64,000 nucleotides of DNA from a virus (Duplodnaviria; Caudoviricetes), in IMG/VR virus record IMGVR_UViG_3300030433_001574, positions 32,001-96,000 of that record; one strand, given 5' to 3'. Of this stretch, positions 48,315-57,998 are shown in pieces (within the stretch, counting starts at the first letter, position 1; the number at the start of each line of letters is the position of its first letter). The notes under the pieces are model-generated. The model was not told the DNA's origin, ran no database searches, and worked only from the letters and a program-made list of their open reading frames with translations. A program made the translations under genes and the position numbers.

Positions 48315-50081
48315 TTACTGTCCTCTCAACCTTCTACTGTTCTGTAATCTCGATGCATTTTGCTGAGGGAGAGTTGGTTGTAGACCTCGTTGTTGAACGC
48401 TGGTTACAGGAGCACCAGCGCCGGGACTACCCCTTTGCTGAGGTCTTGCTGGTGAACGTGGAGTTCGTATTCCCATGCCTTCACCACCGGGCTGAGATGG
48501 AGGCATCATCTGAGGAGGCATTCGACCACCTTGCATCATTTGAGGAGGCATACCGCCTTGCGGTAGCGGCATGGCCTGTCTTGGCGGCATACCTCCGCCC
48601 GGCGGCATACCTCCACCGCCCGGTGGCATTCCACCTGCTGGTGGTTGAGCGCCTTGTTGCTCCTCTTGTTTTCGATAAATGAAGCGAATGTCACGTTCAC
48701 CCTCTTCCATCAGTTCAGGTTTGTAACCAAGCATAGCCATACGCTGAGCGAGATTAACCTCCATCTCGTCACGGCGTAGTCTTGTGATTTCATCTTCTTC
48801 TTCGTTTGGATAAAGTGTGAGTTTCCAATCTGTAACATCCAACTCTTTGAGCATACGAGGGAACAGAACTTCAGTATACACCTTCTGTCCATATTCTACT
48901 GCTCGGTTTGTTACAAGAATCTGTAGACCCTCGTTGTTCAAACCGCCAGCCTTACCATTGTCAATCATAAAAATAGAAGAGACACCATAGAAAGCAGCGA
49001 TGCGGTTTCGTATTTCATCACGCACAGCGATGTATTGCATCTCTTCAAGTGTGTCCATGAACTTAATCCAATTGACACCACCACGACCCGATGCTGACTC
49101 AATACCAACTTTTGGAATGTAATGAGGGTCACGTTCCATCTTTTCATCAACACCCTTCCAAAACGATTTCATTGATTCAAGGTTGTCAGTGGTGACACTC
49201 ACAATACCCTTTGGAATCCTACGCTTCTGATAGGCTGTGTAGATGTAGTTGTCCATAGCGGTCAGCGTCATGGCCTGTCGCCAAAGTGTATTGACAGGAG
49301 CACGACCATACAATTTACCGGGATTGTATTTTGAAAGATGAATCACCTCGCCTTTCATGAAGTATTGATTCTTACCTGAACCTGCCATATTGACATAGTG
49401 AGCATCGACCAAACGAGAGCCACAGACCTGACACTTTGGTTCTTGACCGGGATAAGCAACTTGGTCACGATGAATACGGCAAATCTTGTATCGACCACCA
49501 CGGACACCACGTTTATCAGCGATGATTCTCATGAAGATAGGGTCACCACGAATCAATTCTTTGATTCTGTAAAACTGCACTTCTCCAGTTTTTTCATCGA
49601 CGTAATACTCCTTAATCATCAGAAGAAACGCATCGTCTACAATGTTGAGGTCACGTTCAATCTCATGGAGAACTTGCATGAAACTTTGTTCCATAGAGTT
49701 CTCTTGTTGCAACAGCCATTTACCGTATACAACTTGTTCAGGGTCAGGGTCACGAACTTCCCCACCACATGATGTGCATTCAGTAACTTCGTGTTGAAAC
49801 TCTTCTTCACATTCAACACACTTCTTACGAAACTTCTTTTCCCAAAAGTAACCTCTACGGAATATCTCTTGACCGAGTTTTGTGATGACAGTTCTGAGAA
49901 TAAGATTCTCATTTGAAACAGCATACAGCGCTGGTAAGGTGATACCTTGTGCTAAGACTGGCTCTTGTATACCAGTGGTATACAATGGCATTTGAGGTTG
50001 AGGTGTTGTTCTTCTTCTGAAAGGGTTGGCTAATGTGCTAAGGAATCGACCAACAATACCTTTTTGTTCATCAGCCATCAT
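48315..50081 (-). CDS. Portal protein with Zn-ribbon inserts and a P/G/M/Q-rich tail
   Basis: D..IVDDAF, EVIH......LYGRAP, P.GIV, MQY...R....IAAFYGV portal motifs. Confidence 0.9.
   Translation of the reverse strand: MMADEQKGIVGRFLSTLANPFRRRTTPQPQMPLYTTGIQEPVLAQGITLPALYAVSNENLILRTVITKLGQEIFRRGYFWEKKFRKKCVECEEEFQHEVTECTSCGGEVRDPDPEQVVYGKWLLQQENSMEQSFMQVLHEIERDLNIVDDAFLLMIKEYYVDEKTGEVQFYRIKELIRGDPIFMRIIADKRGVRGGRYKICRIHRDQVAYPGQEPKCQVCGSRLVDAHYVNMAGSGKNQYFMKGEVIHLSKYNPGKLYGRAPVNTLWRQAMTLTAMDNYIYTAYQKRRIPKGIVSVTTDNLESMKSFWKGVDEKMERDPHYIPKVGIESASGRGGVNWIKFMDTLEEMQYIAVRDEIRNRIAAFYGVSSIFMIDNGKAGGLNNEGLQILVTNRAVEYGQKVYTEVLFPRMLKELDVTDWKLTLYPNEEEDEITRLRRDEMEVNLAQRMAMLGYKPELMEEGERDIRFIYRKQEEQQGAQPPAGGMPPGGGGMPPGGGMPPRQAMPLPQGGMPPQMMQGGRMPPQMMPPSQPGGEGMGIRTPRSPARPQQRGSPGAGAPVTSVQQRGLQPTLPQQNASRLQNSRRLRGQ
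48540..48640 (-). repeat. GGMPP coding tandem repeats in the portal C-terminus
   Basis: GGCGGCATACCTCC repeated on the + strand; protein GGMPPGGGGMPPGGGMPP. Confidence 0.8.
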
Positions 50082-51310
50082 AGTCCCTCCCTGTATTTAC
50101 CGATTGTATCTACGTCAATTCCCCAACCATCTAACAAAGCACGAGATTTTTTCCTGTCATCTTTCCAGTTTTCATATCGCACTAAGCGTTTGAGTTCTTC
50201 TTTACGAGTCTTATCTTTCTCGTCAAGATATGCCAAAACAGCCTTTGCTTGAGTAGACTTCATCTTGAGATGAGGGGACACCCCATCAAGTAACTTTCGT
50301 AAATCAGCCTTTGAGTAGAATTGTAAACGATGTTGGCTTCTCTGAGAATCTTTGTAGACTTTGTTATCAACAGAGAGAACACCGCATTCTAATGTCTTGA
50401 ACAAATCTTCACAATGCACTTTACCTCTATCACCAGTTGCTATCATACCAGCACGAGGTTCACCACGCTCTGTGATTGTAATGTAACCATCAGCATCAAT
50501 AAAACCAGCGCTATACGACCACACATCTTTCATTACCAAACCGTCACTGGCGATGATAACATATTCACCACGACGAGGTGCTTTGACAATATCGTAATCT
50601 TCACCATACATATTCATGAGTGTTGTGAGTTTTCTGTCTGTTTGCGCTTTCTTCAACATACCAGCATCAGAAAAATTACTGCGTATGGTCGTGACCTTCA
50701 TTGGCCCTTTTTCCATCAGTTCTTTTGCAGCAAACTGTAGAAAGTCTTGTTCGGCTTTCTTCAGTTTGTCCGTTGGTTGTAATGTAGAAGACCACATTTT
50801 ACGAGCCTCGCTTCTGTCTCGCATAGCACCAGCCCAAGCCTGTTGCTCTTCAACTCCCCAAACATCTTCATGCTCATCCAACATCTTCAGCGTCTGTTCA
50901 GCGTTATCCCATAGCATACATGCACGCTCAAGATTAACACATCGAGATTCACCGAATTTGCGTAGACTCTTGAGTTTACGGTCATCAAGACCGAGTTGCT
51001 TAATGATGTCTTCATAGCCATCAGCCCAAGAAAGTGAATTGATTGTCATATCGGTTTCAAGCGACTTAATCATACGGACATCTTTGATGAAGTTGTCAAT
51101 CTCATCACGATTGTCTTTGTTCGCTCTTCGTGCCTTTCGCAAACGCTTTACCAATGTCTCAGCGTTACAACCGAGTGTTGCTTCAAACCAACCGTCTCCG
51201 TTAGGAGCGAAGTGATGTTGCTTCTTAATCGGCTTGACCTCTTCGTAAGGAACAGGCGTAAACGACACGACTTCACCAAAGTCATCTTCAATCAACGCTG
51301 ACCCCCACAT
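50078..51310 (-). CDS. Protein with an unknown N-terminal domain and a C-terminal LAGLIDADG endonuclease-like domain
   Basis: YSAGFIDADGYI, then L....G.L, L.P.L.MK..QA pattern; no intein termini. Confidence 0.8.
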   Translation of the reverse strand: MWGSALIEDDFGEVVSFTPVPYEEVKPIKKQHHFAPNGDGWFEATLGCNAETLVKRLRKARRANKDNRDEIDNFIKDVRMIKSLETDMTINSLSWADGYEDIIKQLGLDDRKLKSLRKFGESRCVNLERACMLWDNAEQTLKMLDEHEDVWGVEEQQAWAGAMRDRSEARKMWSSTLQPTDKLKKAEQDFLQFAAKELMEKGPMKVTTIRSNFSDAGMLKKAQTDRKLTTLMNMYGEDYDIVKAPRRGEYVIIASDGLVMKDVWSYSAGFIDADGYITITERGEPRAGMIATGDRGKVHCEDLFKTLECGVLSVDNKVYKDSQRSQHRLQFYSKADLRKLLDGVSPHLKMKSTQAKAVLAYLDEKDKTRKEELKRLVRYENWKDDRKKSRALLDGWGIDVDTIGKYREGL

Positions 51311-51334
51311 AATTTGACCTCACTATTGACCTAT

Positions 51335-52189
51335 TTACCATTTGCTACTCAGGAGAGGCTTACTGTAGATTTTTGCAATTTCATTGAGTTCAACAATATC
51401 CAATCCAGTTTCATAACCCATTTTGTCTAAAAATCGAACCATGTCGTTTGTTGAAAGATTGCTACCGCTACCATGAACGAAAGGACAACCACCCAAACCA
51501 CCAATGCTGGTATCAAATTCAGTGATACCCCATTCCAAAGCAGTTTGAATGTTAGCAAACATGTTGTCTTTCTTGTCCTTTCGGTGATGCAAATGCAACG
51601 CTATGTCAGCATCAATATGCCTTGACAACTCAAGAGTTCGATAGATAATAGAAGGATGTGCCTTACCAACTGTGTCACAAAGAACTACAGTATCACCCAT
51701 GTGCTGAGCCGCTTGCATAGCCTCCAGCACCTTACGCTCATTGACGCTTTCATTGGGTGCTCCAAAGGCACAAGAAACATACGCTCTGACATTTTTTGTA
51801 TCAGTATCTTGGAGCATCGAGTCCAACTCACCTACAATTTCATCCATGTTTTTTCCTAAGTTGGCTTGATTGAAACTGTCAGATGCTGAGAAAAAGACAT
51901 TTACTTTTTCAGCCCCAGCAGCCTTTGCTCTGTCCATTCCTCTTTGATTTGGAACAAGAACAGCAAAATTGTCGATGTCACGAGTGGCCTGAAACACTTC
52001 TTCAGCGTCAGCCATGTTTGGAACATACTTAGGATGAACAAATGATGTAATCTCCATTTGCTTTAAACCAACATCGTAGAGTCGATGTATCAAGTCAATT
52101 TTTTCATTTGTCGGTGTGAACTCCTCTATGTTTTGCAGACCATCACGAGGCCCAACTTCGTAGAGGTTTACATCACTCACCTTGCTCAC
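51335..52189 (-). CDS. Hydroxymethylglutaryl-CoA lyase (DRE-TIM family), auxiliary metabolic gene
   Basis: EVGPRDGLQN, EITSFVHPKYVP.MAD, LVPN.RG, LCDTVG, HLH, GGLGGCPF (catalytic Cys); exact GTG start uncertain (52189 or 52180). Confidence 0.93.
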   Translation of the reverse strand: MSKVSDVNLYEVGPRDGLQNIEEFTPTNEKIDLIHRLYDVGLKQMEITSFVHPKYVPNMADAEEVFQATRDIDNFAVLVPNQRGMDRAKAAGAEKVNVFFSASDSFNQANLGKNMDEIVGELDSMLQDTDTKNVRAYVSCAFGAPNESVNERKVLEAMQAAQHMGDTVVLCDTVGKAHPSIIYRTLELSRHIDADIALHLHHRKDKKDNMFANIQTALEWGITEFDTSIGGLGGCPFVHGSGSNLSTNDMVRFLDKMGYETGLDIVELNEIAKIYSKPLLSSKW

Positions 52190-53075
52190 CCATTACCCTT
52201 CGGTCAGCAAAAAATCTTGATGGGTCTTCAGCAATAAGTCGTTGAAGTGCTTCTTGAGCAGCCAACTCTTGAGCGTTCACTCTTTGTTTACCTCGTGCTA
52301 AAGCGCTGATAGCACTCATGAATGGCTTTCTACCTTCACCGAGATACGAAGGGTCTGAACGTGCTTCGATGTAGTCAGGGTTGTTCTTACCTTCTTGGAA
52401 CATCATTTCACCCATACCTTCAGCCGATGCCATCTCAGGATGCGTCATGGCTAACGCATTGGTAGCCTGAGTCCCAAAACGGTCAATCAAACTTTGACGT
52501 AGTGCTGGTGCTCGTTGCATAGCGGAGGCTACATCTGAAAACTGTCTTGCTGTTGCTTTATCACCTGCGTCTCTAAGAGAACTGGCTTCTTGGAACAAGT
52601 CGTCAATGCTGGCTTTTTTCAGAGCCTTTGCTTTCATTTCATTAAAGATAGCATCGTAAAGATTTTCTTCCTTAGTCTTAGCGGGAACAGATTCTTGCAC
52701 TGCTTCAGGTTCAGGTTGATTTAACTTTTCAAACTCGTTATGCATCGCAAGCAAACGATTGAACTCGTCAGCCTGTTCAGGAGTCATACCAGCGTATGGG
52801 TCGCCGTGTTTTTCACGAATATCTTTTATCGGTTTAACCCCAACGTATCTATCAACATCTGCACCTAATTTTTCTCTGAAATCTTCTTGTCCTGATGCTT
52901 CGTCGGCTGTGCCATATTTTCCATAATGGTCATCTCTTGTGCGGATTCCTTTCTTTTTTGAATCAGGGTCAGCAGCGTGCATAGGGTCTTTGTCACCCTT
53001 CTTACCCACTGAGATAATCAGCACCATACCGTGTTTCTTTCCGCCCATTTTCTTTTCTTTCATGGTATCATCCAT
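52173..53075 (-). CDS. Hypothetical protein (possible internal head protein)
   Basis: Charged helical ORF overlapping the TerL end; LKKA and MKA motifs. Confidence 0.6.
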   Translation of the reverse strand: MDDTMKEKKMGGKKHGMVLIISVGKKGDKDPMHAADPDSKKKGIRTRDDHYGKYGTADEASGQEDFREKLGADVDRYVGVKPIKDIREKHGDPYAGMTPEQADEFNRLLAMHNEFEKLNQPEPEAVQESVPAKTKEENLYDAIFNEMKAKALKKASIDDLFQEASSLRDAGDKATARQFSDVASAMQRAPALRQSLIDRFGTQATNALAMTHPEMASAEGMGEMMFQEGKNNPDYIEARSDPSYLGEGRKPFMSAISALARGKQRVNAQELAAQEALQRLIAEDPSRFFADRRVMGEQGE

Positions 53076-54544
53076 CCTCTACTCGGTTTTCCAGTAATAA
53101 TGTTGTCAAGACCCGGCAAGATGTCATCGAGGAGGACAATCGAGCCTTTGAACTCTTTTGTTCCCCAGTTTGCCAACGCCAGCGACATAGCCAAGTCATC
53201 ATGCACGCCCACGCTTTCCAGTCTCCCGTTCTTTTGCATTCCAAACCTGTTCAATTCCTCTTCTAACTTGTGAGTAAACTGCCTACTTATTTCATTACCA
53301 TAAGGTGTTTTGATTTGGCCCTGTTCAAAAGCCATGAGCAAAGACATGAAGAGGCTTTCCTTTCTTGTCTTGGTTGTCATGAAGGTTCGGATAGGAATAT
53401 CTTCTCGCATATCCTTGAGTTCCATAGCAAACATACGCTGGAAGTTGTTGCCTTCAAGTTCAATCAAGTCGGGTTGGAATCGTTGATTCAATAGAATGAT
53501 TTGTCGCTTCTGTGCTACAGAACTCATACCACGCTCATGCACAACGCCGACAATCTGTTTGACGTTATCATCAGGTAGAGTTCGTAGAACAGTCATAGCA
53601 GTAAAGTCAGCATTCTTGTCCGATGCAATCGCTGTGTCCCAGCCAATGAAATGCTGACCGAACAGACCCATGCTGTTGCCATCTTCATCATACTCGTGTT
53701 CAGCATGGTCAAGGAGAACCAACTCAGGGTCACGAGCCTTTTCCAATATCGTCATCGGGAACATACTGGCTACGTCATGGATTGGTTCACAGAGATACTC
53801 ACGAGTAAACTGAATCGCTGGCATTGAAAGTCGTCGCTGGTCAAGTGCTTCAAGACTCCAACGCTGAGGCCACAGCGGTTCACCCTCTCGATTGATAGCG
53901 GGATATGTCTCAACTCGGAACGTCTCTTTCTTTTCCAACTCAGCATACAAGTCATTGTAACTGAACGGAGTTCCTACCATCATCAGTCTACCTGTGTGGT
54001 GGAGAACTGGGAGCAATACACCATAGAACCAGTCGGCTGCTCGTTGCAACTCACTACCCGTTGTTCCCCACAGAATGTCATCACATACGACGACATCAGG
54101 GTGGAAACCACGAGTTCCTCCGCCAACCGACTTTGCCATGATACGGCTACCGTTGGTGAACTCAAAATAGGTCTTTCGCCACGGTATACCACCGGGCTTA
54201 AGATGGTGCAAACAAGGTGCTCCGTCGATGTTGTTACGAATGAAACGCATGTGCTCCAGTGTCTGTTCCAATGAGTGACTGAACACCATGATGTGTGTGT
54301 TGGGTCGGAACGCCGCTATCCACAGAGCATACGACATGAAGAATACAGACTTACCGTGGTCACGAGACGCTTTGACACAGTAGTAACGATTCTCTTCCAA
54401 GCCCTCATCCCACTGAGCGTGGTGGTCAGCGTAGTCAAAACCCAACACTGTTTCAAAAAAATACTTGAAAGAGCGCTGAGACATTTTTCTGTCCATCTCA
54501 ACGATGAGTTCTTTCATTTGCTCTTCTTCTTCTCGCTTACCCAT
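53060..54544 (-). CDS. terL: Terminase large subunit
   Basis: Walker A ASRDHGKS, Walker B VVVCDD, VGTP, nuclease IGWD.A and HDDLAMSLALA. Confidence 0.95.
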   Translation of the reverse strand: MGKREEEEQMKELIVEMDRKMSQRSFKYFFETVLGFDYADHHAQWDEGLEENRYYCVKASRDHGKSVFFMSYALWIAAFRPNTHIMVFSHSLEQTLEHMRFIRNNIDGAPCLHHLKPGGIPWRKTYFEFTNGSRIMAKSVGGGTRGFHPDVVVCDDILWGTTGSELQRAADWFYGVLLPVLHHTGRLMMVGTPFSYNDLYAELEKKETFRVETYPAINREGEPLWPQRWSLEALDQRRLSMPAIQFTREYLCEPIHDVASMFPMTILEKARDPELVLLDHAEHEYDEDGNSMGLFGQHFIGWDTAIASDKNADFTAMTVLRTLPDDNVKQIVGVVHERGMSSVAQKRQIILLNQRFQPDLIELEGNNFQRMFAMELKDMREDIPIRTFMTTKTRKESLFMSLLMAFEQGQIKTPYGNEISRQFTHKLEEELNRFGMQKNGRLESVGVHDDLAMSLALANWGTKEFKGSIVLLDDILPGLDNIITGKPSRGWMIP

Positions 54545-55665
54545 CAGACCACCCCAACGAGCATTTTTCTTTTGTCATCTTTGTTTGTCATAGATGCCGA
54601 TGACATTGATGCGTTTGCTGCCTTTTCTTGTGCTTTTTGTGCTTGTTCAAGACTTTGTTGAATTGTATTACCAGCACCACTGTCTAACTCTTCTTCTTCA
54701 GTTTTACCAGTTGTGTTAGCAGCAATTGTTTCACCTATCTGTTCAGGAGACATTTCAGGAGTTGGCGAAGCAACAGCAACAGGTGCGGCAGGGGTTTGCT
54801 CCACACCATCTTCACCTATTACTCTGAATCTGCCGTCTCCTCTCATTGGACTGAGAGGCATTTGAAGTGGATTATCCGTAACACCAATCAAGTTCGTTGC
54901 ATCTTGTTGTGTTTGTTGAAGTCGAGACTCAGCATCAGCCCCATAATGACCTAATGCTTGAGCAGCATCTGATGGATTGTATGTGTCTCTCAAAGCCCTG
55001 TTTCGTGCTTCTTCACTGTCAATAGGAACTAAATTACCATCTAAACCTTCGACCATCACTGGTTGTCGTGTAGGAGGAGCAACTTGAGGAGTAGGCTCAG
55101 CAACTTGAGGTTGAGTTACACCGACTTTGTTTGCGGCACGTCTTGCTGCTCGCTCTCCAGCACGACCACTTGTTTGTTGAACTTGTTGTGATGTTGCTTG
55201 ATATTGTCCAGCAGCCCCTAAGCCACCACTAAATGCATCTTGACCAGCAGCACCAGCATTCGCAAGACCAATTACCCCTGCTAAAAAGCCGAGTGCATTC
55301 GCATCAGCGTCTCTTTTACGATGTGCTGCTTCTCCAGCCCGACCAGCCGTTTCAAACACTTTTTGCTGAGCCAAAGCAGTCCTGTTACCCTCTTCTGTAT
55401 TCGGGGCATTATCCAAGTCCATTCGCTGGTTCATACCAGTAGTCCCATAAATATCGGCTAATCTACGACTTCCAGCATCATCTAATTTTGGTGCTTGATA
55501 TTGAAAATTACCCGATGCATCGGGTGGTGTTTGAGTCATTTGCGACATTTGACTTTGACCGGGAAGATAAGGAACTTCACCAGTCGGGTCTAAATTATAC
55601 ATTATCTCCGGGCCTCTTGAAGAGATGACATTCATAATGCTCTTACGAACTAAAACGTCGCCCAT
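54544..55665 (-). CDS. Q/A/G-rich hypothetical protein (possible ejection protein)
   Basis: N-terminal VLVRKS shared with the neighbouring gene; hydrophobic ALGFLAGVIGLA segment. Confidence 0.6.
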   Translation of the reverse strand: MGDVLVRKSIMNVISSRGPEIMYNLDPTGEVPYLPGQSQMSQMTQTPPDASGNFQYQAPKLDDAGSRRLADIYGTTGMNQRMDLDNAPNTEEGNRTALAQQKVFETAGRAGEAAHRKRDADANALGFLAGVIGLANAGAAGQDAFSGGLGAAGQYQATSQQVQQTSGRAGERAARRAANKVGVTQPQVAEPTPQVAPPTRQPVMVEGLDGNLVPIDSEEARNRALRDTYNPSDAAQALGHYGADAESRLQQTQQDATNLIGVTDNPLQMPLSPMRGDGRFRVIGEDGVEQTPAAPVAVASPTPEMSPEQIGETIAANTTGKTEEEELDSGAGNTIQQSLEQAQKAQEKAANASMSSASMTNKDDKRKMLVGVV

Positions 55666-57998
55666 CAGACACCACCTACGCTTACTTTGACAACCTTGAC
55701 AACATCAGTAGAAACATTGAGTCGCTTTGCAATTCGCTCCCAATCACCAGTGGCATGTGCTATTGAACGAACATCAACGGGCGTGAGGTCTACGCTCTTA
55801 GCAAGATAGTGCATACCACGACGGTCACTAACATTGATTGGTCGAGTCAATGCGTGCTTCATGATTTTGCTGTCGTTGCGAGCATCGTCCAACTGCATAT
55901 CTTCCATAGCCTTCATGACTCTATCCATCGGAGAGAGTTCAGTCGGTTGAGACTTCATGTATTGAGTGAGCAAGCGTTGGCGTGGGTCGCCCATGAGTTG
56001 TTGGTAACGCTGCTCTTGAGGTGAAAGTTGCATACCCTGTCCTTGAGGCACTCTTGCGCCAGCGGCTTCTATGATTCTACGAAGCGATGCTGGGTCAGCC
56101 TGTCCGACACGGCTTCGTGCCGCTGCCATTTCAGCACTTTGCGGTGTGAAACCGGGTGCTCCCCGTTGAGGGACAGACGGAGGTAGCGTCGTCTGCTGAG
56201 GTGCTGGGGGAGCAACAGCAACCTCAGTGGGAGTAGGTTGTGGACGTGGAGCAGGTCGCTCAGTTGATGCAGTCGCAGCGGGTCTTGTAACCGATGCTCT
56301 TTCAACTGGGGCGAGTGCTACGTCGTGGTGATACGGAACGTGCTCAGGTAGGTTTTCAATAAGTTGTTCAGGATATTGCATGTAGCGAGAAGACAAACCA
56401 GTGGTCGGAAGCGACTCAGGCAACTGGCGACGGGTCTGATGACCAAACGCTTCGCTAAGTAAATCAGCCAAAGCCTGAGTTCCTTGTCTACGTTGCTCGA
56501 CAGTATCATAACTTTGGAGATTCAAACCCATGTCTTGAATGATAGCAGCGTCGATGTTACCTTCAGCATCTCTTGGCATGTAGGCTCGTAACTCGCTGTC
56601 GTGCTCATCATGTGCTCCACTTAGCATGGCCTTAGCATAAAATTTAGCAGCGTTTTCGTGAGTCCCCAAACCTCGTGTTGGTCTATGTCCATCGAGCGTT
56701 TCCAAATGAGGGCCGGGAACAGCATGGCTTCGCATGTTGTCAAATCCAACCTCGTGGTCTTTTCCAAAGACTTCAAGGATGTGTTGAAACGCTCGCTTGC
56801 CCGGTCCGGGTCTTGCTTTTGACCCACTAATGATACGACCAAACAACATGTTGAAGGCTGGGGTTCGTGATAATTCGTTAATCATGTTTTCAGTGCTGGC
56901 TGGACTTCGCAACACGGTTCTTAGGTTCATCATTGTATATTGAGGAGAGCCAGTTGTGCCGGGAGTTGTGTTAATCGGCACATCAACGTCAGGAATTTTA
57001 TCAGGGTCAATGACCTTTAGCGCTTCAGCGATGTGAACTTTTGCGCTGTCGATTGAGTTTTTTGGCCCTGTCTGTTGGCGACCAGCCATCATATGCATAA
57101 AATCAGGGGTGTGATTCATAACTTCCCAAGACTGGATTCCAGTGTGGGCCGCATTATGGGAAACACCGGGAGGAGCGTTGGTGATGTGTGTGCCGGGTAG
57201 CATAAACCCTTGAGGCGTTTGGATGATAGCGTCACCACCTCGGCCACGAATACGACTACCACGAGGGTGCAAATCTTTGATGTCAATGTGAGGATTGTCA
57301 AGGAACTCAGCACCAACCAAGTCTTTGATACCAAGTGTTTCAAGTAGAATCTTCTGTAGATTGTGATTGTAAGGAACGGCGTAGGACTCAATCATAGCAC
57401 CAATTTTTTCGTTACGATTTGCACGATTGGTATAAGCAGTGATGTATTCTCCACTTTGAGCACGATGAGGTCGTGATGTTGGTTTTCGACCACCATATGG
57501 TGCTACTACGATTTTACGATGCTGCATGTCATCAACATCGGGAATATGGTGAAAACCGCTTTTGTCATCATGTTCAAGATTTGTCATCTCAATGGCACGC
57601 TGAACAATGTTTCGACCAGTAAGTTGTCCCAACTCAGGATGGTCTTGACCAAGCAAACCGTTTTTCTCAAGAGCCTCACCAATAGCGTGTATCACACCGT
57701 CAATTCCGTGATGATGTGATTCTCCATTATGGTCAAGGTAAACCATTTCATCGTGTTTACCTTTAACGAATTTACCGGGAATCAATTCACCCATACCAAA
57801 GTGTCCTGATGGGTGTGGCTTTGCCGCACCGTAGTGAGCGTAGACAGGAACGTCAGGCGTGTTTGGGTCAGGGTGTATTGCTTCAGGAGGTGGAGAAGTT
57901 TTCAGATACGGAGTAAGTCGCCCCGTCTCAGGATGAGGATAGTAACCGTAAACACCGTCACCTTTGAGAAGAAGTGATTTACGAACTAAGACATTCAA
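55665..57998 (-). CDS. His/Pro-rich hypothetical protein with a C-terminal HTH-like region
   Basis: TTG start overlapping the upstream stop; VLVRKS-LLLKG N-terminus; WERIAKRLNVS. Confidence 0.65.
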   Translation of the reverse strand: MNVLVRKSLLLKGDGVYGYYPHPETGRLTPYLKTSPPPEAIHPDPNTPDVPVYAHYGAAKPHPSGHFGMGELIPGKFVKGKHDEMVYLDHNGESHHHGIDGVIHAIGEALEKNGLLGQDHPELGQLTGRNIVQRAIEMTNLEHDDKSGFHHIPDVDDMQHRKIVVAPYGGRKPTSRPHRAQSGEYITAYTNRANRNEKIGAMIESYAVPYNHNLQKILLETLGIKDLVGAEFLDNPHIDIKDLHPRGSRIRGRGGDAIIQTPQGFMLPGTHITNAPPGVSHNAAHTGIQSWEVMNHTPDFMHMMAGRQQTGPKNSIDSAKVHIAEALKVIDPDKIPDVDVPINTTPGTTGSPQYTMMNLRTVLRSPASTENMINELSRTPAFNMLFGRIISGSKARPGPGKRAFQHILEVFGKDHEVGFDNMRSHAVPGPHLETLDGHRPTRGLGTHENAAKFYAKAMLSGAHDEHDSELRAYMPRDAEGNIDAAIIQDMGLNLQSYDTVEQRRQGTQALADLLSEAFGHQTRRQLPESLPTTGLSSRYMQYPEQLIENLPEHVPYHHDVALAPVERASVTRPAATASTERPAPRPQPTPTEVAVAPPAPQQTTLPPSVPQRGAPGFTPQSAEMAAARSRVGQADPASLRRIIEAAGARVPQGQGMQLSPQEQRYQQLMGDPRQRLLTQYMKSQPTELSPMDRVMKAMEDMQLDDARNDSKIMKHALTRPINVSDRRGMHYLAKSVDLTPVDVRSIAHATGDWERIAKRLNVSTDVVKVVKVSVGGV

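Noticed and set aside
50078-51310. Intein or group I intron around the LAGLIDADG domain
   Set aside because: No C/S...HN-C/S/T splice termini, and the flanking TerL and portal genes appear uninterrupted
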